The notes: generated from the sequence alone by a model not told the origin. 63,054 bases of DNA from Arthrobacter sp. (GCA_035571895.1 DATNBS010000201.1:1-63054); one strand, 5' to 3'. Positions 8,835-18,512 are shown, numbered from the stretch's first letter. Translations and numbers: made by a program.

Positions 8835-9773
8835 GTGTCCGCGGCAAAAAGCCACTACGAGGTCTTGGGCATCACCCGCGATGCCTCGCTGGCCGAGGTG
8901 AAGACCGCTTACCGGCGCGCCGCTCGGGCGACCCATCCGGACCAGGGCGGGGACGCAGCCGAATTCCGGCTGGTCTCCCTGGCCTACCAGACACTCAGCG
9001 ACCCGTCGGAACGGGCCGCATACGACCGCAGCTATGGCAGGACCTCCTCCCGCCGCGGGTCCTCCCCCGAGCACGGGACGGCGACGGGAGCGCGTCCCGC
9101 CGCGCAGACCACCGCCACCGGACCCGACGGCGGCCGACGCGCGGCGGCGGGCGATCCGCCGCGCTTCGTTCCGCCGTTCACCGCCGGCGGCGACGCCGTG
9201 CTCGATCCGGCGGTGGCGTCGCAGCAGATCCATGGTGCGCCACGCAAGCGGGGGCTCTTCACCCCGCAATCCCGGTTGGACCGCGAGGCCCGGACAGTCA
9301 GGCTGCTCTCGGGGAAGGTCCTGCCGCACCTGCCGGCCGCCCGGCTGGTGAACGGGCTGCACTCGCCGGTGGGCCGCGGCTTCGTCGACCATGCCGTCCT
9401 GGCCGGGTACCGGCTCGCGCTGGTTTCCTCGATGGTCCTGCCGCGTGGGGTCTACCACTGGGACGGGGCAGGACTCGCCCGGGGCGGCAAGATCTTGGAT
9501 CCCCCGCAGATGGGGTCGCTGGTCCGCGGCATGCAGGAGGCCTTCCCGGAACTGAACGTCACGGGCTGGACGGTCATCCACTGCGTGGAGGACAACCTCC
9601 ACGAACCGGTGATCGACTACTCCCGGGGCGCCGACCCGGCGTCGGGGCCGCTGGTGAACGTGGTCAATGCCGCGAACCTGGTGCGCGAACTGAAGATGTT
9701 CCTGGGAACCGGCCCGACGCCGAACGTCGTCGACGTGCCCGTGCTGGGCCGGCTGCTGGGCGGCATGTACTGA
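8835..9773 (+). CDS. J-domain (DnaJ N-terminal) protein with C-terminal NERD-like domain
   Basis: HYEVLG...AYRRAARATHPD; C-term VNGL...FVDHAVLAG resembles NERD/PD-(D/E)xK core. Confidence 0.8.
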   Translation: MSAAKSHYEVLGITRDASLAEVKTAYRRAARATHPDQGGDAAEFRLVSLAYQTLSDPSERAAYDRSYGRTSSRRGSSPEHGTATGARPAAQTTATGPDGGRRAAAGDPPRFVPPFTAGGDAVLDPAVASQQIHGAPRKRGLFTPQSRLDREARTVRLLSGKVLPHLPAARLVNGLHSPVGRGFVDHAVLAGYRLALVSSMVLPRGVYHWDGAGLARGGKILDPPQMGSLVRGMQEAFPELNVTGWTVIHCVEDNLHEPVIDYSRGADPASGPLVNVVNAANLVRELKMFLGTGPTPNVVDVPVLGRLLGGMY

Positions 9774-9813
9774 TGCTGCACGTGGCCACCGCCGGCGGGC
9801 ATAGGATCTAACG

Positions 9814-10278
9814 GTGTTCCGCATACTTTTCGTCACGCCCGAGATCCCCGGCAATACCGGCAACGCGATCCGGCTCGCCGCCGTCACCGGTGCAGAACTG
9901 CACCTGGTCGAGCCCCTGGGTTTCGACTTCTCCGATGCGAAGCTCCGCCGGGCCGGTTTGGACTACCACGACCTGGCCGTGGTCCAGGTCCATCCCGACC
10001 TGGAGACCGCCTGGCGGGTCTTGGCACCTGAACGGGTCTTCGCCTACACCGCCGAGGGCGATGTCCTCTACACCGAGATCGACTACCGGCCGTCGGACGT
10101 GCTGATGTTCGGCCGCGAATCCGTCGGGTTGCCGTCCGAGGTCAAGGCCGATCCGCATGTCAGTGCCCGGGTCCGCTTGCCCATGCTGCCCTCGCGGCGC
10201 TCGCTGAACCTGGCCAATTCGGCCTCGATCGTGCTCTACGAGGCCTGGCGGCAGCAGGGTTTCACGGCCGGCTCCTGA
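9814..10278 (+). CDS. trmL: tRNA (cytidine/uridine(34)-2'-O)-methyltransferase
   Basis: PEIPGNTGN, LRRAGLDYH, FGRESVGLP, RSLNLAN. Confidence 0.95.
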   Translation: MFRILFVTPEIPGNTGNAIRLAAVTGAELHLVEPLGFDFSDAKLRRAGLDYHDLAVVQVHPDLETAWRVLAPERVFAYTAEGDVLYTEIDYRPSDVLMFGRESVGLPSEVKADPHVSARVRLPMLPSRRSLNLANSASIVLYEAWRQQGFTAGS

Positions 10279-10369
10279 TCGGCGGACCACGCCGCCGTCC
10301 TCCCCTGCCCGACTGGGCGCCTGCCCTAAGCTGGTGGGGGGAGAAAACGCGAGAGCAGGGATGAGGACG

Positions 10370-10921
10370 ATGCAGCACAGAGAGCCCGAGGATTTCCGCT
10401 ATGGAACGCCCGAGGACGTCCAGGACGACCTGGGACTGGAGTTGGTCGACGACCTGGCCCAGCACCGGTCCTCGCCGCGTCCGGCCCCGGTGAAGAAGTG
10501 GATGCTGCTCACCGGTGCCGCGGTGGTCGTCGTGATCGGCGTCATCGCCCTCGTCGTCGCGCTGATGCCCCGCGACATCGCCGGCGAAGTCAAGGACGCC
10601 CCCGACGTCACCGAGCAGACGGCCCAGGTCAGCGGGGGTGGCGAGGCGGTGCTCCGGCTCTCGGCCTCCAAGGATGCCGGGTCGATCAGCCTGGAGGACC
10701 TGGCGGGGGCGCCCCAGGGCGAGACCTACCAGATCTGGGTCGAGGCCACCGGCGGCGGATCGGCCAGCTCCCTGAAGGTGCTCGATCCGCAGGAGAGCAA
10801 GGCCACGGTGGGCTTCCAGTCCCTGGGTGACATCGGCTCGGTCCTGGTCACCACGGAGCCCGAGGGCGGTTCGTCGGAGCCGAGCGAGACCGTCGTGCTG
10901 GACATCGACCTGCCCCGGTAA
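10370..10921 (+). CDS. anti-sigma-K (RskA)-like single-pass membrane protein
   Basis: one TM helix then YQIW...VTTEPEGGSSEPS (RskA C-terminal signature). Confidence 0.7.
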   Translation: MQHREPEDFRYGTPEDVQDDLGLELVDDLAQHRSSPRPAPVKKWMLLTGAAVVVVIGVIALVVALMPRDIAGEVKDAPDVTEQTAQVSGGGEAVLRLSASKDAGSISLEDLAGAPQGETYQIWVEATGGGSASSLKVLDPQESKATVGFQSLGDIGSVLVTTEPEGGSSEPSETVVLDIDLPR

Positions 10922-10932
10922 CCAGCCATCGA

Positions 10933-10967
10933 ACGGCGGGGCCCCGGCAACACCGGGGCCCCGCCGT
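10933..10967. terminator. intrinsic terminator-like hairpin between convergent genes
   Basis: 15-bp perfect stem acggcggggccccgg/ccggggccccgccgt. Confidence 0.7.
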
Positions 10968-11040
10968 CGTCGTTCTGCTGGAAACCGGCCAGGGCCCGGA
11001 ACCAGGCCGGACCCGGAACCAGGCCACAGAGCCAGCCGGG

Positions 11041-11796
11041 TCAGAAGCCGGCGATGGTGTCGGCCGCGTTGACCTCCACGACGTGGAAGGCCTCGGCGAG
11101 CCGGTCCCGCCCCAGGCCGTGCGCCGTCGCCAGGGCGGCGCTGTTGACGCGGACGAAGTCCTCCATCTTGGCGACGTCGGGGTGCTGGCTCAGGTGCGCG
11201 CGCAGGGCCTGCAGCTTGGCCTCGAACGTGCCGGTGATGTCCACGGCGTGATTCTCCCGGTCCTCGGGGGCGCCGTAGAGCCACAGCCAGCGCAGCTTGA
11301 AGGCCTCCCGCCCCGCCTCCTGCAGTTCCGGGTAGGCGTAGGGGTTCTCCACCGCCGGGTAGACCGCCCGGGTGACCGCCTCCCCACAGGCCAGGTGGTC
11401 GGGGTGGGAGCGCTGCAGGCGCCTCCAGTCGCGCTCGGGGTGCATGGCGAGCACGACGTCGGGACGCACCTGCCGGATGAGCGCGACGATCTTGCGCAGC
11501 ACCTCATGCGAGGGCTCCAGGTAGCCGTCACGCTCGCCCAGGAAATGCACGTCCTGCACCCCCACGGTCCCGGCCGCCGCGCGTTGTTCGGCATGGCGCA
11601 TGGCCACGATCTCCGCACGATGGGCGGGGTCGAAGCCGCCGGCGTCGCCGTCTGTCATGATGCAGTACTGCACCTCGACCCCGGCACGGGTCCAGGCCGC
11701 AACGGTCCCGGAGGCCCCGAAATCCAGGTCGTCGGGGTGCGCGCCGAAGCACAACACGCGGCGGACGGCCTCCCGCGCGGGGTCGAAGGCGGGCAT
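11041..11796 (-). CDS. PIG-L family deacetylase
   Basis: AHPDD and HPDH metal-binding motifs, HLSQ. Confidence 0.9.
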   Translation of the reverse strand: MPAFDPAREAVRRVLCFGAHPDDLDFGASGTVAAWTRAGVEVQYCIMTDGDAGGFDPAHRAEIVAMRHAEQRAAAGTVGVQDVHFLGERDGYLEPSHEVLRKIVALIRQVRPDVVLAMHPERDWRRLQRSHPDHLACGEAVTRAVYPAVENPYAYPELQEAGREAFKLRWLWLYGAPEDRENHAVDITGTFEAKLQALRAHLSQHPDVAKMEDFVRVNSAALATAHGLGRDRLAEAFHVVEVNAADTIAGF

Positions 11797-11797
11797 G

Positions 11798-12739
11798 CTA
11801 GCCCTGCCGGCGCTTGATTTCGGCAGCCGCCTGCGGCAGGACGGTCCGCGCGTCCCCGACGATGCCGAAGTCGGCGATCTCGAAGATCGGCGCGTCCTCG
11901 TCACTGTTCACGGCCACGATGACCTGGGAGGTCTGCATCCCGGCCTTGTGCTGGATGGCCCCCGAGATGCCCGCGCAGATGTAGAGCTGCGGTGAGATGG
12001 TCTTGCCGGTCTGCCCGACCTGGTAGGCGTGCTCGATCCAGCCGGCGTCGGTGGCGGCACGGGAGGCGCCGACGGCTGCGCCGAGGGCATCGGCGAGTTC
12101 CTCGACCGGGGTGAAGTCGCCGTCGAGCCCGCGTCCACCGGAGACCACGATACGTGCGTCCTGCAGCGCGGGACGGCCGGAGGCGGGCTTGGCCGCCGTG
12201 TCGGCCACGGTGGCTGCCGGGCCGTGATCGGAGACGTCCAGGGTGGTGCTCGACGGTGTTGCCGGGGAGGCTTCGGCCGGTTCGATGCTGTTGGGCTTGA
12301 CGGTGATGACCGGGATGCCCTGCGTCGCCCGGGCGGTGACGGTGTAGCCGCCGGCGAGGACCTGTTTGGTGACGGCCAGGTCGGCGGAGACGTCGATGGC
12401 ATCGGTGATGACGCCGGAGGAGAGCTTGATGCCCACGCGTGCGGCGATTTCCTTGCCGTCGATGGTGTTGGGCAGCAGCACGGCAGCGGCGTCGCAGGCC
12501 CGCGCGGCCTCGGCGACGAGCAGGGCCTGGCCGGCGATCAGCGTCCCGTCCAGCGGCCCGGCCGGGGCGTAGACGGCCGCTGCACCGAGCTGGCCGGCCG
12601 CGGCGACGGTGTCGTCCGCCGCCGGTGCCCCGAGGACGACGACGGGATCGCCCAGCCGTTGGGCCAGGGTGAGCAATTCGCGCTGGGCCTTGCCAGGCCG
12701 CGCGGCGGGGGTGTCGATGAATACCAGAATGTTCGCCAT
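11798..12739 (-). CDS. etfA: electron transfer flavoprotein subunit alpha
   Basis: [26 protein letters not shown]. Confidence 0.95.
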   Translation of the reverse strand: MANILVFIDTPAARPGKAQRELLTLAQRLGDPVVVLGAPAADDTVAAAGQLGAAAVYAPAGPLDGTLIAGQALLVAEAARACDAAAVLLPNTIDGKEIAARVGIKLSSGVITDAIDVSADLAVTKQVLAGGYTVTARATQGIPVITVKPNSIEPAEASPATPSSTTLDVSDHGPAATVADTAAKPASGRPALQDARIVVSGGRGLDGDFTPVEELADALGAAVGASRAATDAGWIEHAYQVGQTGKTISPQLYICAGISGAIQHKAGMQTSQVIVAVNSDEDAPIFEIADFGIVGDARTVLPQAAAEIKRRQG

Positions 12740-12756
12740 GGTGGTCGCCTCGGATC

Positions 12757-13575
12757 CTAGAGAAGTTTCTTGCCGGCCAGGAAGTCGACCAGCTGGACGC
12801 CGGCGTCGCCCTCGTCGGTGATGACGGTTCCCGCGGTGCGCGGTGGGCGCGGCGCGGCGTCCTCGACGCGGGTCCAGGAGCCGGCCGCCCCGACCTGGGA
12901 GGGATCCAGCCCGAGGTCGGCGACCGAGAGGGCCACGGTCTTTTTCTTCTTGGCGCCCATGATGCCCTTGAAGTTGGGGTAGCGCGGTTCCTCGCCCTGG
13001 TCGGTGACCGAGACGATGGCCGGGGCGGCGGCCGTCAACGTGGTCGACGTCGTGTCGGAATCACGGCGGCCCGTGAGCACCCCGTCGTCGCCCAGTGCCA
13101 GCGAGGAGACCATCGTGAGCTGCGCCAGGCCGAGCCGTTCTGCCAGCTGTGCGGGGACCAGGGACGTTTCACCGTCGGTCGAGGCCATGCCGGTGACGAC
13201 CACATCGAAGCCACCGAGGTGGGTGATCGCGGTGGCCAGGACCAGGGAGGTCGCTGCCGCGTCGGATCCCGCCAGCGCGGGATCGGTGATGTGCACACCG
13301 TCGGTGGCACCCATCTGCAAGGCCTTCTTCACCGCTGCGGCCGCGCGCTCGGGCCCCATGGTCAGGGCCGTGACCGTGTGGCCGGCCTTGACTCCGCCGC
13401 GGGCCTCGACCAGCTGCAGGGCCGCCTCGATGGCGTATTCATCGAGTTCGGACAGGATGCTCTCGGACCGGTCGATGCCGTGGTCGGCGCCGGTCAGGTG
13501 TCGTTCGAACTGGGCGTCCGGGACATGTTTGACCAGGACCAGGACCTTCAGGGGCCCTCCGCTTGCCGCGCTCAT
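12757..13575 (-). CDS. etfB: electron transfer flavoprotein subunit beta
   Basis: VLVKHVPD, DEYAIEAALQL, GSDAAATS, EPRYP. Confidence 0.95.
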   Translation of the reverse strand: MSAASGGPLKVLVLVKHVPDAQFERHLTGADHGIDRSESILSELDEYAIEAALQLVEARGGVKAGHTVTALTMGPERAAAAVKKALQMGATDGVHITDPALAGSDAAATSLVLATAITHLGGFDVVVTGMASTDGETSLVPAQLAERLGLAQLTMVSSLALGDDGVLTGRRDSDTTSTTLTAAAPAIVSVTDQGEEPRYPNFKGIMGAKKKKTVALSVADLGLDPSQVGAAGSWTRVEDAAPRPPRTAGTVITDEGDAGVQLVDFLAGKKLL

Positions 13576-13641
13576 GCTTGCCTTTCAGGTTGACTCCTCC
13601 GGCCCGGTGGGACCGGAAGCATCTGCTCCACGGGACGATCC

Positions 13642-13691
13642 GCAAGATTCCAGTTAGCAGGATTCCAGTTAATGGGTATTAACCAAGACTA
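13642..13691 (-). promoter_or_regulatory. etfB promoter: TAGTCT -10, palindrome GTTAAT-N4-ATTAAC and two 15-nt direct repeats
   Basis: palindrome 13668-13683; -10 at 13686-13691 (minus); gcaagattccagtta/gcaggattccagtta at 13642-13671. Confidence 0.7.
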
Positions 13692-13807
13692 TCGTCCGGC
13701 CGTTCGCCCCGCCAGTCCCGGCAGGCCGGTTGGTACTTCAGCGTAGCCGTTCCCTGCGCACCCCCGTGCGACCGGGCCGGCCCGGAGGGCCGCCGTGCTG
13801 CCGCGCA

Positions 13808-13850
13808 CGGTGATGGCCGGCGGCCCGCCTAGGGCCGCCGGCCATCACCG
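13808..13850 (-). terminator. terminator hairpin downstream of htrA-like gene
   Basis: 19-bp perfect inverted repeat. Confidence 0.75.
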
Positions 13851-13868
13851 GCAGGTGCACCGGGGAGG

Positions 13869-15281
13869 TCAGTCGGTCGGCTTGGCGCCGAGGGTGACCT
13901 CGGCCGTGGACGGCTTGCCGTCCCGGGTGTAGGAGATCGAGACCTTGCTGCCTTCGGGATGTTCCATAATGGCCGCGGTCAGCGACTGGCTGTCGGAGAT
14001 CACGCGGTCATCGACCTTGGTGATGACATCACCGGACTTCAGCCCGCCCTTGTCGGCCGCGGACCCGTTGACGACCTCCTGGACCTCGGCCCCCACACTG
14101 AACTGCGTCCCCGAATCCGCGGCCTTCGCCTTGACGGTGACACCGAGCAGCCCGTGGCTGGCGCTTCCGTTGTCGATGATGTCGTGGGCGATCCGCTTGG
14201 CATAGTCGATCGGGATGGCAAAGCCGACGCCGATGGAACCGCTGTCGTCGCCGCTGGAGCTGCCGGCCGAGGCGATGGCGACGTTCACGCCGACGATTTC
14301 CCCGGCCGCGTTGACCAGTGCGCCGCCGGAATTGCCGTGGTTGATGGCCGCATCGGTCTGGATCACGTTGATGTAGATCGATCCGTTGCCCTGGCTTTGC
14401 TGCTGCTGCTGCGGCTGGCCCGGGAACTGGAAGTTGAACTGGTTGCCGTCACCGGGCGCGCTGTCGGAGGTCTTGTCGTCCGGGACGGCGGACGATGCGA
14501 CGCTGATCGTGCGGTTCAGGGTGGAGATGATCCCGTCGGTGACCGTCCCGCTCAGCCCCAGCGGCGCCCCGATGGCAATGGCTGCATCGCCGACGTTGAG
14601 GTCCGCGGAGGACCCCAGCGTGGCCGGCTGGAGGCCCTTGGCATCGATCTTGATGACCGCCAGGTCCGAGAGCGGATCCGTGCCCACGACCTTGGCCGTA
14701 TGGACCTTGCCGTCACTGGTGCGCACGCTGATGGTCGGGTCGGCCACCTGGCCGCCCAAGGTCACCACGTGGGTGTTGGTGAGGATGTGGCCCTCGGTGT
14801 CCAGGATGATGCCGGAACCGGATCCCGCCTCCTGCTGCCCGTCGACTTCGACGGTGACGACACTCGGGGAGGCCTTGGCCGCGGCGGCGGTGACGGCGGT
14901 GACCTCGTCCGGGTTGTTGATGACCACGGCATTGCCGTTCGGCGTCGAGGAAGCCACCGCCTGGCCGGAGCCGTCGAGCAGGTAGTCGGCTCCCACGGCA
15001 CTGCCGCCGCCGATCAGCGCCGCGATGACCATGCCGGCGACCAGGGTCGTCGATCCGAAGCGTTTGGGCTGGCGGCGCGGTGCGGGGCCGAAGGATGCAC
15101 CCGGCGGGTAGGTACCGCCACCGGTCGGCCGCTGTTGCCCGGTCCCGGTGGCGGGAAGGTTGGAGGTCTGGGGCGGATTCTGCGGACGGGGCGGCACGCC
15201 CTGCCCGTCACCGGGCTGCCCGGCGCCGTCCGCCGATCCGTCGACCGGTCCATTGGTGTACGTGTTCCGTTCCTCGCTCAT
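13869..15281 (-). CDS. HtrA/PepD-like S1C serine protease with PDZ domain
   Basis: GSGII, TNTHV, DLAVIK, QTDAAINHGNSGG, C-terminal PDZ; one TM helix. Confidence 0.93.
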   Translation of the reverse strand: MSEERNTYTNGPVDGSADGAGQPGDGQGVPPRPQNPPQTSNLPATGTGQQRPTGGGTYPPGASFGPAPRRQPKRFGSTTLVAGMVIAALIGGGSAVGADYLLDGSGQAVASSTPNGNAVVINNPDEVTAVTAAAAKASPSVVTVEVDGQQEAGSGSGIILDTEGHILTNTHVVTLGGQVADPTISVRTSDGKVHTAKVVGTDPLSDLAVIKIDAKGLQPATLGSSADLNVGDAAIAIGAPLGLSGTVTDGIISTLNRTISVASSAVPDDKTSDSAPGDGNQFNFQFPGQPQQQQQSQGNGSIYINVIQTDAAINHGNSGGALVNAAGEIVGVNVAIASAGSSSGDDSGSIGVGFAIPIDYAKRIAHDIIDNGSASHGLLGVTVKAKAADSGTQFSVGAEVQEVVNGSAADKGGLKSGDVITKVDDRVISDSQSLTAAIMEHPEGSKVSISYTRDGKPSTAEVTLGAKPTD

Positions 15282-15331
15282 GGCATGGTGTCCTTTCTGG
15301 GGTTCCTTGGCTCCAACTATGGCAAGGAGGG

Positions 15332-15370
15332 CTGTGTCGGGAAAATGCTCCACCTGAGCGCAACCTGTGA
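15332..15370 (-). promoter_or_regulatory. MprA-like tandem hexamer box upstream of htrA
   Basis: minus strand TCACAG-N5-GCTCAG (15354-15370) plus in-phase ACACAG 22 nt further. Confidence 0.5.
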
Positions 15371-15543
15371 GACCCCTCCAGGCGGGCGCCGACGCTGCCA
15401 GCGGGGCTTCGGGGCCGTTGTGGACGGCCCCAAACCATACCAATAGAATCAAAGGCGACGGCCGTGGGCAATCGGCCTCCGGTCTTCTAGGACCACAGCC
15501 CCACAGTTGCCGTCCGGCCGTCACCGACGTCGAAGGGTGATCC

Positions 15544-17607
15544 ATGCGATCCATTGCCAGACGCGTTCCGGCGGCCGCCGGATTCGCGCTGCTGTCCATC
15601 CTGCTCATGGCGGTCCCCGCTTCCGCCGAACCACCGGTGACGATCCCCCCGGGCCAGTACGTGGTGGATTCGGCAGGTGTCCTCGGTGCCGAGGCCGCCC
15701 GCGTGAAGGAGGCGGTGAGCGAGCTCCAGCAGAGCGAGGGGCTGAACCTCTACGTCATCTATGTCGATGAGTTCACCGACCCCTCGGACATGACCGCCTG
15801 GGTCAAGCAAGTCGCCGAGAAGAAGGGCCTGGGCCCCACGGACAGCATCCTGGCGATTGCCACCGAGGCCCGGCAACTCCGCCTGAAGTCGGCTGATGCC
15901 GGGGAGATCGCACCCTTCGACGCCGATATCGCCCGGAAGTACATCACCCCCGATCTGCGATCGAGCACGCTCACGGCCGACGATTGGGCCATGGCGGCCG
16001 AGAACGCCGTGGACGGCATCGAGGCAGCAGCCAACGGTGACCTCGGTCCGGCCGGCGGGGAGGGCGGGGCCCAATCGTCGTCTGGTGGCTCTGCCGCGCC
16101 GTGGATCATCGGTGGCGTCATCGTCGTCGGTGGCGGGACGCTTTGGGCCCTCGGGCGGAAGAAGAAGGCCTCCAACCCGCCACAGCGTCCCCGGCCTGTG
16201 GCCACCGGACCGCAGGATCCGCTGGACGCCCTGAGCGTGGAGGACCTGCGGCTCAAGGCCGGGCCCCTGCTCATCGCGGCTGACGACGCGATACGCTCAA
16301 GTGAGCAGGAGCTCGGCTTTGCCCAGGCGGAATTCGGCGAGGAGTCCATCAAGCCGTTCGCCGCGGACCTGGCCACCGCCAGGGACCACCTGAACGAGTC
16401 CTTCAAGCTGCAACAGCAACTCGACGATTCGATTCCCGATACCGAAGCGGATCAGCGCAAGTGGCTCCGCGACATCATCCACCGGTGCGAGGCGGTCAAC
16501 GACTCGCTGGAGGAGCACCGGGAGGACTTCGCCGCCTTGCGCGAGCTCGAGCGCAACGCCCCGCAGGCTGCCGAAAAGCTGCGCACGCAAGCCGATACCC
16601 TGCGTCGCGACCTCGAAGCGGCCCGGTCCTCCCTGACAGGGCTCTCCGCCCGCTACGCTGATTCGGCGCTCGTCCAGGTCCGGGACAACGTCGAACAGGC
16701 AGGCGAACGCATCGACTTCATCGAGGACTCCCTGCAAACGGCGCAGGAAAGGATCTCCAGTTCCGCCGCCGCCGAGGCAGCCATCGCGGTCCGCGCTGGC
16801 GAGGAGGCCGTGGACCAGACACGGGTCCTGATCTCCGCCATCGCCAAGACGGGCTCGGTCCTCGACAGCGCCAGCAGCGAGCTCCGGGACCAGGTCGCCG
16901 AAGCCCGCCAGGATCTGGTCCAGGCCACGTCGCTGGCCGCAGGAGGCCGGCACCCCGAGCTGGCGGCGCCAACTGCCTCCCTGCAGGATGCCCTCGCACG
17001 CGTCGAACAGGCGCGAGCCGGCGGACGGCAGGATCCAGTCGCACAGCTCTCCACCCTGTCCCGGGCTCGCGAGACGCTGGACGGCCCCCTGGATGCGGTG
17101 CGGGATGAACGGCTGCGCTCGGAACGGGCGGAGGCGTCGCTGCAGTCCGCCCTGCGGACCGCCCAGGGCAAGATCGACGGAACGGACGATTTCATCCGCG
17201 CCCGCCGCGGTGGCGTCGGCGCCACCGCCAGAACGCGGCTGGCGGAGGCCCAACGCCATCTCGACGATGCCCTGCGGGCTGCTCCGACGGACCCGGTGCG
17301 GGCGCTGCAATCCGCGCAGCAGGCGTCGATGCTGGCCGATCAGGCCGCCCGCCAAGCCGAGGCCGACGTCGACGGTTTCAACGGCGGCTTCGGTGGCGGG
17401 TTCGGTGGCGGGTACCGGGGCGGATACGGCCGCGGAAACGGGCTCGGAGGTGCAATCCTCGGAGGGATCCTCATCGATTCCGTCCTGCGCGGCGGTGGCG
17501 GCGGCGGCGTCTTCGGAGGGGGCGGATTCGGTGGCTTCGGCGGCGACGGTGGAGGCGGCGGCTTCGGTGGCGGCTTCGGTGACGGAGGCGGTGGCGGCAA
17601 TTTCTGA
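15544..17607 (+). CDS. TPM-domain membrane protein with long coiled coil and Gly-rich tail
   Basis: signal peptide ending ASA, VVDSAGVL/LYVIYVDEF TPM motifs, TM helix + RKKK, helical region, GGGF repeats. Confidence 0.88.
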   Translation: MRSIARRVPAAAGFALLSILLMAVPASAEPPVTIPPGQYVVDSAGVLGAEAARVKEAVSELQQSEGLNLYVIYVDEFTDPSDMTAWVKQVAEKKGLGPTDSILAIATEARQLRLKSADAGEIAPFDADIARKYITPDLRSSTLTADDWAMAAENAVDGIEAAANGDLGPAGGEGGAQSSSGGSAAPWIIGGVIVVGGGTLWALGRKKKASNPPQRPRPVATGPQDPLDALSVEDLRLKAGPLLIAADDAIRSSEQELGFAQAEFGEESIKPFAADLATARDHLNESFKLQQQLDDSIPDTEADQRKWLRDIIHRCEAVNDSLEEHREDFAALRELERNAPQAAEKLRTQADTLRRDLEAARSSLTGLSARYADSALVQVRDNVEQAGERIDFIEDSLQTAQERISSSAAAEAAIAVRAGEEAVDQTRVLISAIAKTGSVLDSASSELRDQVAEARQDLVQATSLAAGGRHPELAAPTASLQDALARVEQARAGGRQDPVAQLSTLSRARETLDGPLDAVRDERLRSERAEASLQSALRTAQGKIDGTDDFIRARRGGVGATARTRLAEAQRHLDDALRAAPTDPVRALQSAQQASMLADQAARQAEADVDGFNGGFGGGFGGGYRGGYGRGNGLGGAILGGILIDSVLRGGGGGGVFGGGGFGGFGGDGGGGGFGGGFGDGGGGGNF

Positions 17608-17691
17608 GCCGCCTCGGCACAGGAGAGGATTCCGGCGGCGCGGCCGTCGGGTGCATGACCAGAACCAGTAAACCCAGTGGAAGGTGACATC

Positions 17692-18480
17692 GTGATCAAG
17701 CAGTCAATTTTCGGGCGCATCGCCCAGCTCGCCAAGGCGAACATCAACGCCATGATCGACTCGGCCGAGGACCCGCAAAAGATGCTGGACCAGATGGTGC
17801 GGGACTACACGAATAACATCGCCGAGGCCGAAACCGCGGTCGCCCAAACCATCGGCAACCTGCGGATGCTCCAGCAGGACCACCAGGAGGACCAGGAAAA
17901 CGCACGTGACTGGGGAAACAAGGCCCTTGCCGCCTCGCGCAAGGCCGACGAGTTCCGCTCAGCCGGCAAGGAGTCGGACGCCGTGAAGTTCGACAACCTC
18001 GCCAAGGTCGCCATTCAGCGGCAGATGCAGTCGGAGGGCGAGGCCAGGTCCGCGGAACCGACGATCGCTTCCCAAGAGGAAATCGTGGAAAAGCTCAAGG
18101 TGGGGCTGAACGCCATGAAGCACAAGCGCCAGGAACTGGTGTCCAAGCGCGATGAACTCGTGGCCCGGGCTAAGGCCACCCAGGCCCAGTCGCAGGTCCA
18201 GGATGCCCTGAAGAGCATCGACATCATGGATCCGACGAGTGAGGTCTCGCGGTTCGAGGAAAAGGTCCGTCGCGAGGAGGCCCGGGTCCAAGGCGCAGCC
18301 GAATTGGCCGCTTCCAGTCTTGACGCCCAGTTCGAGTCGCTCGAGGACCTGGGCGAGCAAACCGAGGTCGAGGCACGCTTGGCCGCACTGAAGGCCGGGT
18401 CCGGCCAGAACGCCGCCCTCGGTTCCTCACCCACCGGAACCGGCGCCCACTCCCCCGAGGGCACCGGCACCAGTTACTGA
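17692..18480 (+). CDS. pspA: PspA/IM30 family protein
   Basis: KANINAMIDSAEDPQKMLDQ, coiled coil, EVEARLAALK. Confidence 0.92.
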   Translation: MIKQSIFGRIAQLAKANINAMIDSAEDPQKMLDQMVRDYTNNIAEAETAVAQTIGNLRMLQQDHQEDQENARDWGNKALAASRKADEFRSAGKESDAVKFDNLAKVAIQRQMQSEGEARSAEPTIASQEEIVEKLKVGLNAMKHKRQELVSKRDELVARAKATQAQSQVQDALKSIDIMDPTSEVSRFEEKVRREEARVQGAAELAASSLDAQFESLEDLGEQTEVEARLAALKAGSGQNAALGSSPTGTGAHSPEGTGTSY

Positions 18481-18512
18481 GGCCGACCCGGGGCAGGCTT
18501 GCGGGGTAATGC

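Noticed and set aside
17380-17600. GGC-rich repeats
   Set aside because: Simply encode the Gly-rich tail of the TPM protein
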